Part shown: piece after piece, positions 32,571 through 43,975 of the stretch
How the letters are laid out: each line of letters starts with the position of its first letter
Position numbering within the stretch: the stretch's first letter is position 1
Source of the DNA: Anaeromyxobacter sp.
GTDB lineage: Bacteria > Myxococcota > Myxococcia > Myxococcales > Anaeromyxobacteraceae
Assembly (NCBI GenBank): GCA_049840735.1
Contig: JASGJN010000017.1
Location: 128,001-192,000 of the forward strand
Length of the DNA: 64,000 nucleotides
Direction of reading: 5' to 3'
The notes under the pieces: model-generated
What the model was told of the DNA's origin: nothing
What the model saw: the letters and a program-made list of their open reading frames with translations, nothing else
Database searches by the model: none
Translations under genes and position numbers: made by a program

Positions 32571-32981
32571 TCAGCGCGCCGACGAGTCGGGCCCGCCCTG
32601 CTCCTGCGCGTGGCCAGCCTCGTGCGCCGCGATGTCGGCGCGGACCTTGTCCATGTCGATGGCGCGGACCTGGCGGATGAGGTCCTCCAGCGCCTCCTCC
32701 GGCAGCGCGCCCGGCTGCTGGAAGAGCATCACCCGGTCGCGCAGGATCATCAGCGTCGGGATCGACATGATCTGGAACTCGGCCGCCAGCTCCTGCTGCT
32801 CCTCGGTGTTCACCTTGCCGAAGGTGATGTCCGGGTGGGCCCGGGCCACCTTCTCGAAGGTGGGAGCGAAGATGCGGCACGGCCCGCACCAGGACGCCCA
32901 CCAGTCCAGCAGGACGATGCCGTCCTTCTCCGCGATGCTCTTGAAGTTCTCCGACGTGACGGCGACGGTGGCCTCGACCAT
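32571..32981 (-). CDS. Thioredoxin
   Basis: DWWASWCGPC, GKVNTE, IMSIPTL; RBS GAGG upstream of the ATG. Confidence 0.92.
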   Translation of the reverse strand: MVEATVAVTSENFKSIAEKDGIVLLDWWASWCGPCRIFAPTFEKVARAHPDITFGKVNTEEQQELAAEFQIMSIPTLMILRDRVMLFQQPGALPEEALEDLIRQVRAIDMDKVRADIAAHEAGHAQEQGGPDSSAR

Positions 32982-33229
32982 TTTCCTCATCCCTTCCACG
33001 CCCTGACCTCGGTTCGGCCAGCGGCGGCGCTCATGTGGGGTCGTCCCGGACAGCCCGGGATCTCTCACCCCTCAGATGTGATCCCGCCCGGGCCGAAAGG
33101 ATTCGGCCCCGACGGGGCGAGCGCCGCTGGGCACCGCGGGCAGGAAGCGCGGACAGCCCTCCGCCCCCTTGCCGCGCTGGGGCGGCGGGACGGAGGGCTG
33201 CGGGGCCCGCGCAGGCGCGAGGCGCCGAC

Positions 33230-33779
33230 CTACCGCGAGGGCGGGTACTTGTGCAGCTTGCGCTGCAGCGAGCGGCGGTGGATGCCGAGCCGGCGAGCGG
33301 CCTCGGAGATGTTGCCGCCGCAGTCGGTCAGCACGCGCTGGATGTGCTCCCACTCCGCACGGGCCAGCGAGGGGGTCTCGATCCCCTTCTCCTTGGCCGT
33401 GTTGGTGCCGTGGAGCGCGGCCAGGATTCGTCCGCGTCGGCCGGCTTGGGCAGGTAGCCCACGGCCCCCTCGCGCACCGCCTCGACGGCGGTGGAGATGC
33501 TGCCGTAGCCGGTCAGCATCAGCACGCGGGTCGACGGGTCGACGCGGCGGAGCTCCTTCAGCACCTCGATGCCCGAGCCGCCCGGCATCTTGAGGTCGAC
33601 CACCGCCATCTCCGGCGAGTCCTTGGCCGCCTCGCGCAGCGCCTCCTCGGGAGACCCTGCGGTGCGCACCTCGTACCCGCGGTCGCGGATGGCCGTGGCG
33701 AGCCGCTCCCGGAGCACCTCGTCATCGTCCACCAGGAGGATGCTCGGAGGTTCTCGCGGCTCGTCGCTTCGCTGTTCAT
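33230..33779 (-). CDS. RegA/PrrA/ActR-family response regulator, two apparent 1-bp frameshifts (~33750, ~33427)
   Basis: ILLVDDD, VDLKMP, LTGYGSISTAVEAV, YLPKPADADE, then SLARAEWEHIQRVL..CGGNISEAARRLGIHRRSLQRKL in another frame. Confidence 0.88.
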
Positions 33780-35129
33780 GCGCTGCTCCTCTCGCCGGCC
33801 TCCACGGCCGGCAGCTCGATCGTCACCTTCGACCCCTGGCCTGGCGTCGAGGCGATGTGAAGCTCGCCGCCCAGCTGCTCGGCGAGCGCGCGGGTCAGGA
33901 ACAGGCCCAGCCCCATTCCCTCCCCCGGGACCTTGGTGGTGAAGAACGGCTCGCCCACGCGCGCGAGCACGTCCGGCGGCATGCCGCGGCCGCGGTCGGT
34001 GACCGTGGCCCGCACGCGCCCGTTGGTGGCCGCCATGTGCAGGTCGACCGTGGCCCCGGCGGGCGAGGCCTGGAAGGCGTTCTTCATGAGGTTCCGGAGC
34101 GTCTCGGCGAGCGCCTTGGGCGGCCCGGCGATGGAGAGCCCCTCGGCCCCCGGATTGACCTTCACCTTCACGCGGTCGCGCGGCGGCAGGCCGTCGAGCG
34201 CGCTGTCGATCCAGGTGCGGATGGGGAAGCTCCGGAACGGCTCGCCCATGTTGGCGCCGGCGTGCGCCGACATGCGGTCGAGGATTCCGCGGCAGCGGGC
34301 GATTCTGGTCCCGCACCAGCTGCAGGTCGCCCCGCACCTCGGCGGAGACCGAGCTGGCCAGCGAGCGCTGCAGCTCCTTGGTCACGATGGCGATGGTGGA
34401 GAGCGGCGTGGAGAGTTCGTGCGCCGCGCCGGCCGCCAGCGTCGCCAGCGAGGCCAGCTTCTCGCGCTTCTCCGCCCGCGCCTTGTGCTCGCGCAGCTCG
34501 CGCTCGCGGATGGCCAGCGCGTAGGTCACGCGGTGGACGAAGAAGACCACGAAGACCGAGGCCAGCCCGAGGGCGATCCACATGCCCTGCAGGTGCGCCT
34601 GGATCAGCTCGGCCTGCCCCAGCGCCGGGTGCGCGTGGCGCCCGCCGTTCGCGGCGTCGTGGACGAAGAGCCAGCCGAAGCCGCCCATCGAGGCGAGCAG
34701 CAGGAGCCAGGACCAGCGCGGCGGCAGCAGCACCGCGGCCAGCGCCACGTTGACGAGGTAGAGCGCGGAGAACGGGTTGGCGGCCCCGCCGGTGAGGTCG
34801 AGCAGGACGGTCAGGACGGCCGCGTCCACCACCATCACCGCGGCGATCACGCCGTCGGTGACACGGGCGCGGCGGGCCACCGCACCCAGCGCCAGGTTGC
34901 CCGCCACCTCGGCCGCAAAGAGGACGCCCAGCATGGCGACCGGCAGCCCGATGTGGGTCCAGGCCTGCGCCCCGGCGATGATCACCGCCTGCCCGAGGAT
35001 CGCCCACCAGTGAAGCTGGACCAGCCAGGACAGGTTGTGGCGGCCGCGCGCCTCGCGCGCCGACAGCGCCCGGGCGGCGGGCGTGGAGCCGCCGTCAGGC
35101 GCAGCCGCGCCAGCGGCTTCGTCGGTCAC
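33776..35129 (-). CDS. RegB/PrrB/ActS-family membrane histidine kinase, apparent frameshift near 34303; start uncertain
   Basis: TM region with GGAANPF, AAGAAHELSTPL H-box, RC..ILD after frame correction, DRGRGM, EPFFTTK, GMGLGLFL. Confidence 0.88.
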
Positions 35130-35271
35130 CGGGAACTGTAGTCGAACCACTGACCTCACCCGCGCATGGAACCGTGACAAACTACCACAAACGGGGAGCC
35201 GAAGTATGTCCCGCCCCACGTCCCCAACTGCCTTGACGCATGACAGGTCGGTCCGTAGCCTCCCCCCTTCG

Positions 35272-35568
35272 ATGAGAGGCCGTCGCCGCACCGTGGCCAG
35301 CGTCCTGGCGGACGCCCTGGCGCATCGCCCCGAGGCCGGCGCGGTGGCGCTGGCCGTGGCCTTCGCCGAGGCCTGCGGGCCGCGCCTGGCGCAGGAAGCG
35401 TCGCTGCGCGGCCCGCTGCGCGACGGTCGGCTGCTGGTGCTGGTCCGTTCCGCCGCATGGGCCGATCAGCTGGCCGCGCTCGAGGTCGAGATCTGCGCCC
35501 GCGTCAACGCGCGCATGGGGCGAGAGGTCGCGCGCGGCCTCGAGATCCGGCTGGCTCCGGAGCGCTGA
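35272..35568 (+). CDS. DciA/DUF721-family protein
   Basis: LRDGRLLVLVRSAAWADQL...ICARVN pattern typical of DUF721. Confidence 0.65.
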   Translation: MRGRRRTVASVLADALAHRPEAGAVALAVAFAEACGPRLAQEASLRGPLRDGRLLVLVRSAAWADQLAALEVEICARVNARMGREVARGLEIRLAPER

Positions 35569-35569
35569 C

Positions 35570-37198
35570 GTGCGGGGGACCCGCGCCGCCCTCCCGCAGC
35601 CAGGCCCGGCGCGCGCCTGGGCCGCAGCGCTGCTGGCTGCCCTCGCCGGCTGCCTGTCGCATCCACCGGCCGCGCCCGCCGAGCCGGCCCTGCTGCCGGC
35701 CTCGGTCCAGGCCGGCCGGGCCCCTCCGCCGGCCGCGGCGGCGCCGGCCGACTACGGCCGCGATCCGGAGGTGGAGCTCGCGCCGGTGGAGAAGGCCGCG
35801 CTGGACGCGCTCCGCGCCGCGCCCGGCGGCGCCGCGCTCCGCATGAGCGGCGCGCTGGTCCGCGCCGCGCGCGAGCTGGCGGCGCGCGCCGCCCGCGGCG
35901 AGCGGTCCGCGCTCGACCCGGCCGCGCTCCGCGGCGCGCTGGCCCGCGGCCAAAGCTACGACCCCGGGCCGGAGATCTACCTCGTCTCCGGCGCGGCCAG
36001 CGGCATCCCCGACGCGCTGACCCGCCTCGTCTCCGGCGGCCCGGCCACGCACCTGGGCGTGGGCGCGGTGGAGCAGGACGGGCGCGTGGTGGCGGTGCTG
36101 CTCAAGGCCGACCGGCGCGTCCTGCTCGACCCCTTCCCGCGCGCGGTGGCGCCCGGCGGCAGCGCCCGCCTGGCCGGGCGGCTGCACCGCGAGCTGGTCC
36201 ACCCGCGCGCCTTCCTCACCCTGCCCTCGGGCCAGGCGCGCGAGCTGGAGGTCCGCGGCACCGGGCAGGCCTTCCAAGCGCAGGTGCAGCTCCCGGCGCA
36301 GGGGCGCTACCTGCTGGAGGTGGTGGCGGAGGGGGCCGCCGGGCCGGAGGTCACGGCGCTGCTGGTGATCTCGGCGGGCGGCGCCGCGCTCGACGCGCCG
36401 GGACCCGCCCCCGCCGCCGACCCGGCCTCGCTCGAGGCGGCCGAGGCGGCGGTGCTGCGCGCGCTCAACGCCACCCGCTCGCGCCAGCGGCTGCCGCCGC
36501 TCCGGGCCGATCCGGCGGTGGCCGCGGTGGCCCGCCGCCACGCGGAGGCCATGCGCGCGGCCGGGCTGGTGGCGCACGTGCTGCCCGGCAGCCCGGGCCC
36601 GGACGCCCGGCTCCGGGCCGCGGGGCTGCCCTTCGCGGCGGTGCGGGAGAACGTGGCCCAGGCGCGCACGGCGCTGCAGGCGCACGCGACCATCGAGGAG
36701 AGCCCGGCCCACCTGGCGAACCTGCTCGACCCGCAGCTCACGCGGGCCGGCGTGGGCGTGGCGCGCGGCCAGCTGCCCAACGGCGACCCGACCACCTACC
36801 TGTGCGAGGTGCTGCTGCGGGCGCCGGACGAGGCCCGGCGCGGGAGCCGGCTCACGCCTGCGGCGCGGGTGCGCGAGGCGCTGTGGGCCGAGCGGGCCAG
36901 GCTGGGACTGCCGCCGCTCACCGCCGACCTGGAGCTGGACGCGCTGGCGGACGAGGCGGCGGCGCGGCTCCTGGCCAGCGACGGGGAGGACGACGGCGGG
37001 GCGGCCCGGCGCGCGCTGGACCTGCCGCGCGCGCTGGCGGCGGTGGACCGCTTCGTGGTCGAATCGCCGACCGACGCCGTGCGCTCGGCCAACCTGCGGC
37101 AGCCGGGGCTGCGCCGGGTGGGCGTCGGGGTGCGGGAGGGAGACAGCCGCCGCCTGGGACGGGGACGGCTGTTCATCTCCGTGGTCTACTCGGATTGA
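35570..37198 (+). CDS. CAP (SCP)-domain lipoprotein
   Basis: LAGC lipobox; LNATR...L.PL..D..VA.VARRHAEAM, ENVA, ESPAHLANLL, GVGV; flanking degenerate CAP repeats. Confidence 0.8.
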   Translation: MRGTRAALPQPGPARAWAAALLAALAGCLSHPPAAPAEPALLPASVQAGRAPPPAAAAPADYGRDPEVELAPVEKAALDALRAAPGGAALRMSGALVRAARELAARAARGERSALDPAALRGALARGQSYDPGPEIYLVSGAASGIPDALTRLVSGGPATHLGVGAVEQDGRVVAVLLKADRRVLLDPFPRAVAPGGSARLAGRLHRELVHPRAFLTLPSGQARELEVRGTGQAFQAQVQLPAQGRYLLEVVAEGAAGPEVTALLVISAGGAALDAPGPAPAADPASLEAAEAAVLRALNATRSRQRLPPLRADPAVAAVARRHAEAMRAAGLVAHVLPGSPGPDARLRAAGLPFAAVRENVAQARTALQAHATIEESPAHLANLLDPQLTRAGVGVARGQLPNGDPTTYLCEVLLRAPDEARRGSRLTPAARVREALWAERARLGLPPLTADLELDALADEAAARLLASDGEDDGGAARRALDLPRALAAVDRFVVESPTDAVRSANLRQPGLRRVGVGVREGDSRRLGRGRLFISVVYSD

Positions 37199-37216
37199 CC
37201 GGACGTGAAGACCTGC

Positions 37217-37441
37217 CTAGGCCAGCCGCCGCTGCGTGGCGTAGCTCTCGAGCCCGCCCTCGACCTTGGGCTGCAGGTCGTGGAGCGAGCAGCGCTGGCA
37301 GGTCCAGCTGTTCCAGCCCTTGGTGACGGCCTCGTCCAGGCAGGCGTCGTAGTGGTTGCAGAAGAGGTTCCGGTGCCCCTCGACGCCGCGGTCCGGGTTG
37401 ATGGGCGCGGTCAGCTCCGTCGGGCTCGGCTTGTCGAACAC
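37217..37441 (-). CDS. Small Cys-rich hypothetical protein
   Basis: RBS GAGGAG before GTG; HRNLFCNHYDACL...WNSWTCQRC; GC3-rich codon usage. Confidence 0.7.
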   Translation of the reverse strand: MFDKPSPTELTAPINPDRGVEGHRNLFCNHYDACLDEAVTKGWNSWTCQRCSLHDLQPKVEGGLESYATQRRLA

Positions 37442-37627
37442 GGTGGACTCCTCACGGATGGCCTGGCCATCCTCCGATGCGGCGCGACGGTGCATCACCG
37501 GCCCCCCTCCGTCGCCGCCGGCCCCCTCCGCGAGGCACCGGCGATCCGCCCAGCGCTATCGAGACTTCGACTGGCGTGCGGTCGCTCGTCTGGACGGCCG
37601 GACGCCGGCGCTATATCGCAACCCCAC

Positions 37628-39914
37628 ATGCAGCGAGTCAAGGCCACCCCCTCCCCCGCCCAGGTGAGCGCGCCGCACACCCGGAAACCCTGCGCCGGCG
37701 CGAGGGTTTGCACGCCGGCGCCGCGGGCGGCCCGCGCGCTGCTCGCGGGGCTCCTGGCCGCTTCCTGCACGGCGGCGAGGGCCTCCGACACCCCGCTGTG
37801 CGACTGGCTCTCGGGGATCGGGGACGCGGCGCAGGCGCTGACGGACGGCCGGCCCGAAGCCTCGGCCGCGGCGGCGCGCCGGGCGCTCGAGGCCCGGCCG
37901 CACGCCGCCGCCGGGGCCCGCGCCTCTGCGGCGCTGGGGCTGGCGCTGGCGGCGGCGAGCCAGCCCGGTCCGGCCGCCGACGCGCTGGAGGTGGCGCTGG
38001 CCGCGCCGGCCGTCGGCGCGCGCGCCCACCTCACCCTGGCGCGCGCGCAGGCCCTGGCCGCGGCCGGCCGGGCGCCGGAGGCGGCGCGGGTGATGGCGGA
38101 GGCCTCCAGCGCGGCGGGCGCGCTCTGGGTGGCGCGCCGGGCCGGCTTCCTGGAGGGCCGGGCGCTGCTGGCGGCGGGGCTGCCGGGCGACGCGGCCGAC
38201 CGCCTGGAGGAGGCGCTGCGGCGCGCGCCGGACGACCCGCTGGCGCAGGGGGCGCGGCTCGACCTGGCCGCGGCGCGGCGCGCGCTGGGCGACGACGCCG
38301 CGGCCCTGGCCCGGCTGCGCGAGGCCTGGCTGGCCGCCGGCACCCCCGAGGCAGAGACGGCCGGCGCGCGGCTGCAGGCCTGGCGCGCGGCGGGCGGCCC
38401 GCTGCCGCCCCCGGCCGCCGACGACCACCTGGCGCGCGCGACGCGCTTCCTGGAGGACGGCCGGCCGGAGGAGGCGCTGCGCGAGCTGGAGGCGGCGCGC
38501 CGCGCCGAGAGCCCGGCCTCCCGGCCCGAGCTGGGCGACGCCCTGCGGGCCTCGGCGCTGGTGGCGCTGGGGCGGCTGGACGAGGCCGAGCGGACGGCCG
38601 CGCCGCTGGACGGGGCGGCCGACCAGGAGGTCCGCCGCGCGGCCACCCTGGTGCTGGCGCGCGTGGCGGCGCGGACGGGACGGCTGCAGGACGCGGTGGC
38701 GGGCTACGAGGCGGTGGCGCGCTCGCAGGCGCTGGTGCCGGGCCTGCCCGGCTGGCGCCAGCGCGAGCTGGGCGACGAGGCGGCCTACCTGGCCGCCTGG
38801 CTGCCCTACGACGCCGGCGACCTGGCCCGCGCGGTGGGCACGCTGGAGGGGTTCGCCCGGGCCCACCCGCGCTCGCGCCGCGCCGACGACGCGCTCTGGT
38901 TCGCCGGCTGGTCGCGCTACCTCTTGGGCCGCAGGGCCGAGGCGGCCCGCACCTTCGCGCGCCTCACCGCGACGCCCATCGGCGACGCCGCCCTCTACTG
39001 GCAGGCCCGGGCCCTGGGCGGCGCGCGGGCCCGCCCGCTCCTGCGGCGCGCGGCGGCGCTGGGCGGCGACGGCTGGTACGGCCTGCTGGCCCGCGCCCGG
39101 CTCGCCGCGCTGGGCGAGCAGGTGGCCCGGCCCGAGGCGGCGCCGGGCAAGCCCCTCCCGGACGCGGCCACGCCCGAGCTCGCCGGGCCGCTGGCGGTGG
39201 CCGCAGAGTGCCTGGGCCTGGGGCTGGAGGACGACGGGCTGGCCGAGCTGAGGGCCCTGGCCGGCGCGCCGCGCGTGCGCGCCTCGGCGGCGCTGGTGGC
39301 GCAGCTGGCCGCCTTCGCGGGCGACGCGGAGATCCCCTTCCGCATCAGCCGCGACCACCTGGGCGCCACCCGCCGCACGGTCCGCTGGAGCCACCCCGAG
39401 CCCGAGGCTGCGCTGGTGGCGAAGGCCAGCGCCGGGGCGGGCGTGGATCCCGCGCTGGCCTACGCGGTGATGCGGCGCGAGAGCAACTTCCGCCGGCACA
39501 TCCGCAGCGGCGCCGGCGCCGAGGGGCTGATGCAGCTGCGGCCGGCCACCGCCGAGCGCGTGGCCTCGGTGCTGGGGCTGGCGGAGGGGGCCGGCGCGCG
39601 GCTGGGCGATCCGGAGCTCAACCTGGCGCTGGGCATCCACTACCTCGGCCTGCTCGGCTCCCGCTTCGGCGATCCCGCCGCCACCCTGGCGGCCTACAAC
39701 GCCGGGCCGGTCCCGGCCGCGGGCTGGGCCCGGGCGCGCGCCGGCATGCCGCTCGACGAGTGGGTGGAGTGCGTCCCGTTCCGCGAGACGCGCCAGTACC
39801 TCAAGAATCGTGCTGGCGGACTGGGACGTGTACCGCGGCCTGCGGGGCGAGCCGCCCGCCCCGCTCGACCCCGCCCGCGCCGTGACGGCGCCGGCGCAGG
39901 GCGTGGGGTTCTGA
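37628..39914 (+). CDS. Soluble lytic murein transglycosylase (Slt-like, TPR-like plus SLT), frameshift near 39806; start uncertain
   Basis: AVMRRESNF, GAEGLMQL, AAYNAGP, ECVPFRETRQY. Confidence 0.85.
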
Positions 39915-39934
39915 GGCGCGGCGGGGCGAGGGCG

Positions 39935-40816
39935 TCAGCCCCCGTGAGATGCCGCCGCCGCGACGGCGGCGAGGATGGCGTCGCCCATGCGCCGCAGCAC
40001 CGAGGGCGTGACTCCCGGCAGCCGCGCCAGCTCCGCCTCGGCGGCGGGGCGGCGGCGGGCGATCTCCAGCATGGTCAGGTCCGCCAGCACCTTGAACGGC
40101 GGGCGGTCCGCGGCCTGGGCCCGCTGCTCCCGCGCCAGGTAGAGCGCGCGCAGGATGGCCTTCCCCGGCGCGTCCAGCTCGCGCCCGCCCTTGATGCGGC
40201 GCCAGCCGTCCGGGTCGAAGACCCGCTCGCGCGGCTCGACGGCGGCGATCTTCTCGAACTCCTGCTGCGCCTCCGCGGCCAGGCCGCGGGCGGCCAGCTC
40301 CCCCGCCAGCGCGGCGTGGAGCGGCAGGAGGAAGTGCGTGTCCAGCGCCGCGTAGGCCAGCTGCTCCCGGGTCAGCGGCCGGCGCCCCCAGTCCGAGCGC
40401 TGGAACGACTTGGAGAGGCGCACGCCGAACTGCGCCTCGACCAGCGCCGAGAGCCCGAGCCCGGGGCGGCCCAGCCGCCGCGCCGCGGCCATGGTGTCGA
40501 ACAGGCGCGGCAGGCGCCAGCCGTACTCGCGCTTGAGGCAGCGGACGTCGTAGTCGGCGCCGTGCAGCACCGTCTCGCGGCCGCCGCAGAGCACCTCGCC
40601 CAGCGGGCGCACGTCCACCGCCAGCGGGTCCACCACGTGGTCGGAGTGCGGCGTGGAGAGCTGGATCAGGCAGACCCGCTCCCGGTACACGTGGAAGCTG
40701 TTGGACTCGGTGTCGAGCGCCACCACCGGCTCGGCGCGCAGCCGCTCGACCAGGCTGGCCAGGGCCTCTGGGGTGGCGACGAGCTGGGGGGGCGGGGTGT
40801 CGGACATCGCGGCCAT
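39935..40816 (-). CDS. Ribonuclease D-like 3'-5' exonuclease with HRDC domain
   Basis: ALDTES, CLIQL, LHGADYD, FDT, SDWGRRPL...YAALD, DRPPFKVL. Confidence 0.88.
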   Translation of the reverse strand: MAAMSDTPPPQLVATPEALASLVERLRAEPVVALDTESNSFHVYRERVCLIQLSTPHSDHVVDPLAVDVRPLGEVLCGGRETVLHGADYDVRCLKREYGWRLPRLFDTMAAARRLGRPGLGLSALVEAQFGVRLSKSFQRSDWGRRPLTREQLAYAALDTHFLLPLHAALAGELAARGLAAEAQQEFEKIAAVEPRERVFDPDGWRRIKGGRELDAPGKAILRALYLAREQRAQAADRPPFKVLADLTMLEIARRRPAAEAELARLPGVTPSVLRRMGDAILAAVAAAASHGG

Positions 40817-40817
40817 A

Positions 40818-41750
40818 CTACCGCGACCCCGGGCCGGCGAGCGCCACCGCGACCGCCCCGGCCACCGCGGCGTTCCGCTCCAGCAGCGCCAGGTTGGCGC
40901 GCCGGGAGCGCCCGCCGGTGGCCTGCGCCACCGCCCCGAGCAGGAAGGGCGTGGCGGCCTTCCCGCGCACCCCCTGGCGCCGGGCCTCGGCCAGCCCCTG
41001 CTCCACCGCCGCCTCCACCTGCTCGCGGTCCACCGGCTCCGGCGGCGGCACCACCAGCAGCACCCCCTCGCGCCGCCCCAGGCCGTCCCAGTGCAGCTGG
41101 AGCACGCGCGCCGCGCCGGCCGCGTCCTCCACCCGGTGCTCCAGGGCCACGCCGCTGCCGGACGCGTAGAACGCCGGCAGCTCGGAGGTCCCGAGCCCCA
41201 GCACCGGCACGCCCAGGGTCTCCAGCGCCTCGGCCGTGGCGGGCAGGTCCAGGATCACCTTGGGGCCTGCGCACACCACGCACACCGGGGCCCTCGCCAG
41301 CTCGGGGAGATTGGCCGAGACGTCGCCGGCCCAGGCCGGCGGCGCGCCGCCCACGCGGTGGACCCCGCCGATGCCCCCGGTGGCGAAGAGCCTGATCCCG
41401 ACCCGCGCGGCCAGCGCAGCGGTGGCCGACACGGTGGTGCCGGCGTCCCGCCCGGCGGCGATCAGCGGGGCCAGATCGCGCGCTGCCGCCTTGGCCGGGC
41501 GCCGGGCCGGGTCCGCCAGCCGCTCCAACCCCGCCCGGTCCAGCCCCACCACCACCTTGCCGCCCAGCAGCCCGATGGCGGCCGGCAGCGCCCCCGCCGC
41601 CCGCACCGCGTCGGCGCAGCGCAGGGCCGCCTCCAGGTTCTCCGGCGGGGGGAGCCCCTGGGCCACCACGCTGGTCTCCAGCGCCACCACCGGCCCGCCC
41701 CGCGCCAGCGCGTTGCGGACCTCCTCGGCGACCTCGATCACGGGCGTCAT
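40818..41750 (-). CDS. psuG: Pseudouridine-5'-phosphate glycosidase
   Basis: [34 protein letters not shown]. Confidence 0.9.
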   Translation of the reverse strand: MTPVIEVAEEVRNALARGGPVVALETSVVAQGLPPPENLEAALRCADAVRAAGALPAAIGLLGGKVVVGLDRAGLERLADPARRPAKAAARDLAPLIAAGRDAGTTVSATAALAARVGIRLFATGGIGGVHRVGGAPPAWAGDVSANLPELARAPVCVVCAGPKVILDLPATAEALETLGVPVLGLGTSELPAFYASGSGVALEHRVEDAAGAARVLQLHWDGLGRREGVLLVVPPPEPVDREQVEAAVEQGLAEARRQGVRGKAATPFLLGAVAQATGGRSRRANLALLERNAAVAGAVAVALAGPGSR

Positions 41751-41831
41751 TGCGGGCAGTCTAGCCAGGGACGGGCGCCCGGCGCGCGTGGTATGCAGAC
41801 GCCGCCCGACCGAGGGCCCCGAGGACCCTGC

Positions 41832-42611
41832 ATGCTGCTCGCCCGACTCCGCGGCCTCTTCGTGCTGGTCTACGGCGCCATCACCATGGCGCTGTTCTTC
41901 GCGATCAGCCTCCCGGTGATGGTCCTCACCCGGTCCGGCGACCTCCCCATCTGGCTGGCCCGCTTCGCCTGGTCCCCCTCGGCCATGTGGCTCAGCCGCT
42001 CGCCGGTCCGGCTGCGCCCGCTGCCCCCGCTGCCGGACGGGCCGGTGATCTTCGCCTCCAACCACGAGAGCGCGCTCGACATCTGGATCCTCCTGGCCCA
42101 CCTGCCCCGCCCCATCCGCTTCGTGGCCAAGGCGGAGCTGTTCCGGATCCCCATCTTCGGCTGGTACATGCGGCTGGGCGGCCACGTGCCGGTGGAGCGG
42201 GCCAACCGCACCCAGGCCGTGGCCTCGCTCCGGCACGCCGGCGAGCTGGTCAGGGCCGGCACCTCGCTGATCGTCTTCCCGGAGGGGACCCGCTCGCTCG
42301 ACCGGCGCATCCTGCCGTTCAAGAAGGGGCCGTTCGTGCTGGCGATGGAGGCGGGCGTGCCCATCGTGCCGGTGGCCATCTCCGGTTCGGGCGCGGTCAC
42401 GCCCAGCAAGGTGGTCGCCATCTGGCCGGGGCCGATCGACGTGGCAGTCGGCGCCCCGATCGACCCGCGCGACCACCCCGGGCGCAACGAGCTCCTGCTG
42501 GAGGTGCGGCGCCGGATCATCGCGCTGCACCGCGAGCTGGGCGGCCTGGGCGGCGACGAGTCGCAGGGCGTGGCGCGCGGGGAAGGCGGGCGGGACCAGG
42601 TGGGACGTTGA
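41832..42611 (+). CDS. 1-acyl-sn-glycerol-3-phosphate acyltransferase (PlsC family)
   Basis: [26 protein letters not shown]. Confidence 0.9.
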   Translation: MLLARLRGLFVLVYGAITMALFFAISLPVMVLTRSGDLPIWLARFAWSPSAMWLSRSPVRLRPLPPLPDGPVIFASNHESALDIWILLAHLPRPIRFVAKAELFRIPIFGWYMRLGGHVPVERANRTQAVASLRHAGELVRAGTSLIVFPEGTRSLDRRILPFKKGPFVLAMEAGVPIVPVAISGSGAVTPSKVVAIWPGPIDVAVGAPIDPRDHPGRNELLLEVRRRIIALHRELGGLGGDESQGVARGEGGRDQVGR

Positions 42612-42654
42612 ACGACTTGTGGCTCACTCCGCGCGGAGGGTACGATCCGTGGCC

Positions 42655-43131
42655 ATGAAGGAAGGCTCCCCGCTCGACGCGCGCGCCGCGGCGCACAAGG
42701 TGAAGGACCTGGCGCGGGACCTGGCCGGTGAGCTGGCCGAGGGCTACCGGAAGTCCACCCGCTACTTCAAGCTGCGCGCGGCCGTGATCGGCACCTGGGT
42801 GGCGCTGTCGCTCGTGACCGTCTGGGCGGCCTGCCCCTCCACCGGTCCCGGCAACTCGCTCGGCGCCGAGATCCGGCTGTCCGAGGGCGCCGGCGTCGGC
42901 ACGCAGATCGTGGTGGTCAACACCACCGACACCATCTGGCGCGACGTGGTGATCACCGTGGACGACGACTGGTCCCACGCCATCACCACCGTGCGTGGCG
43001 GGGAGCACGTGGTGGTGGCGCTGGAGAAGTTCCAGCGCAGCGGCGCCCACCCGCCGCAGGAGCTGAAGCCCCGGACCATCACCGTCTCCTGCTCCGAGGG
43101 GACCGTGCGCACGCCCGTCGGGCGGAGGTGA
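42655..43131 (+). CDS. Membrane-anchored hypothetical protein
   Basis: One TM segment followed by a beta-rich domain; its stop overlaps the next start. Confidence 0.65.
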   Translation: MKEGSPLDARAAAHKVKDLARDLAGELAEGYRKSTRYFKLRAAVIGTWVALSLVTVWAACPSTGPGNSLGAEIRLSEGAGVGTQIVVVNTTDTIWRDVVITVDDDWSHAITTVRGGEHVVVALEKFQRSGAHPPQELKPRTITVSCSEGTVRTPVGRR

Positions 43132-43499
43132 CCGCCGTGTCCCACCGCATCCTGCTGGTCGACGACGACGCGGAGATCTGCGACTTCCTGGCCGTGCTCC
43201 TGGAGCTCGAGGGGCTGCAGCCGGTGGTGGCGCAGACCGCCGACCGGGCGCTGGCGCTGCTGGGCGACGCCGCGGCGGTGCTGCTGGACGTGGCCATGCC
43301 CGGCGTGGACGGGCTGGAGCTGTGCCGCCGGATGCGCGCCGCCGGGTTCCGCGGCCCGGTGCTGGTGGTCTCGGCCCGGCCCGGCCCCGACCTGCCGCAC
43401 AAGGCCGCCGAGGCCGGCGCCGACGGCTTCGTGCGCAAGCCCTTCGAGAACGCCGAGCTGGTGGCGCGGCTGCACGCGCTGCTCGCGCCGGTCGCCTGA
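43128..43499 (+). CDS. Single-domain response regulator
   Basis: ILLVDDD, LLDVAMPGVDG, VSA, KPF. Confidence 0.9.
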   Translation: MTAVSHRILLVDDDAEICDFLAVLLELEGLQPVVAQTADRALALLGDAAAVLLDVAMPGVDGLELCRRMRAAGFRGPVLVVSARPGPDLPHKAAEAGADGFVRKPFENAELVARLHALLAPVA

Positions 43500-43510
43500 G
43501 GCCGCCGCCC

Positions 43511-43975
43511 TCACGCGCCCTCCCCCGGGCGGCGCCGCGCCGTCGCCAGGTCGTCCAGCGCCGCCTCCCTGCGCCGCTCCCGCTCCCGCAGCGCGCGGGC
43601 GCGCTGCGCCGCCAGCAGCGCCTCCACCACGTCCAGCCGGGCCCGCGCGGTGAGCAGCGCGCCGCGCGCGGCGTCCACCCGCTCCCGGCCGCGCACGGCC
43701 CTGGCCAGCGCCTGCTCCAGCCCCCGGCGCGCCTCCAGCGCCTCCTCCCGCCGCCTGGCGCGCAGCGCGTGGGCCTGCCCGTGCAGCGCCGCCGGCGCCC
43801 CCGGCCCGGCCGCGGGCACCTCCAGCCGCAGCAGCGCCTCCTCGAACGCCCCGCGCCTCCGCGCCACCTCCTGCAGGATGGGCTCGACCGCCCGCACGGC
43901 CTCGTCCGCCTCCGCTCGGGCCCGGTCCAGCGCCCGCCGGCGCAGCGCCTCCAGCCGCTCCAGCAGGGCGCTCAC
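43511..43975 (-). CDS. FliJ/SctO-like coiled-coil stalk protein
   Basis: ~154-aa Arg/Ala/Glu helical ORF ending ERRREAALDD; its start overlaps the ATPase stop. Confidence 0.6.
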   Translation of the reverse strand: MSALLERLEALRRRALDRARAEADEAVRAVEPILQEVARRRGAFEEALLRLEVPAAGPGAPAALHGQAHALRARRREEALEARRGLEQALARAVRGRERVDAARGALLTARARLDVVEALLAAQRARALRERERRREAALDDLATARRRPGEGA

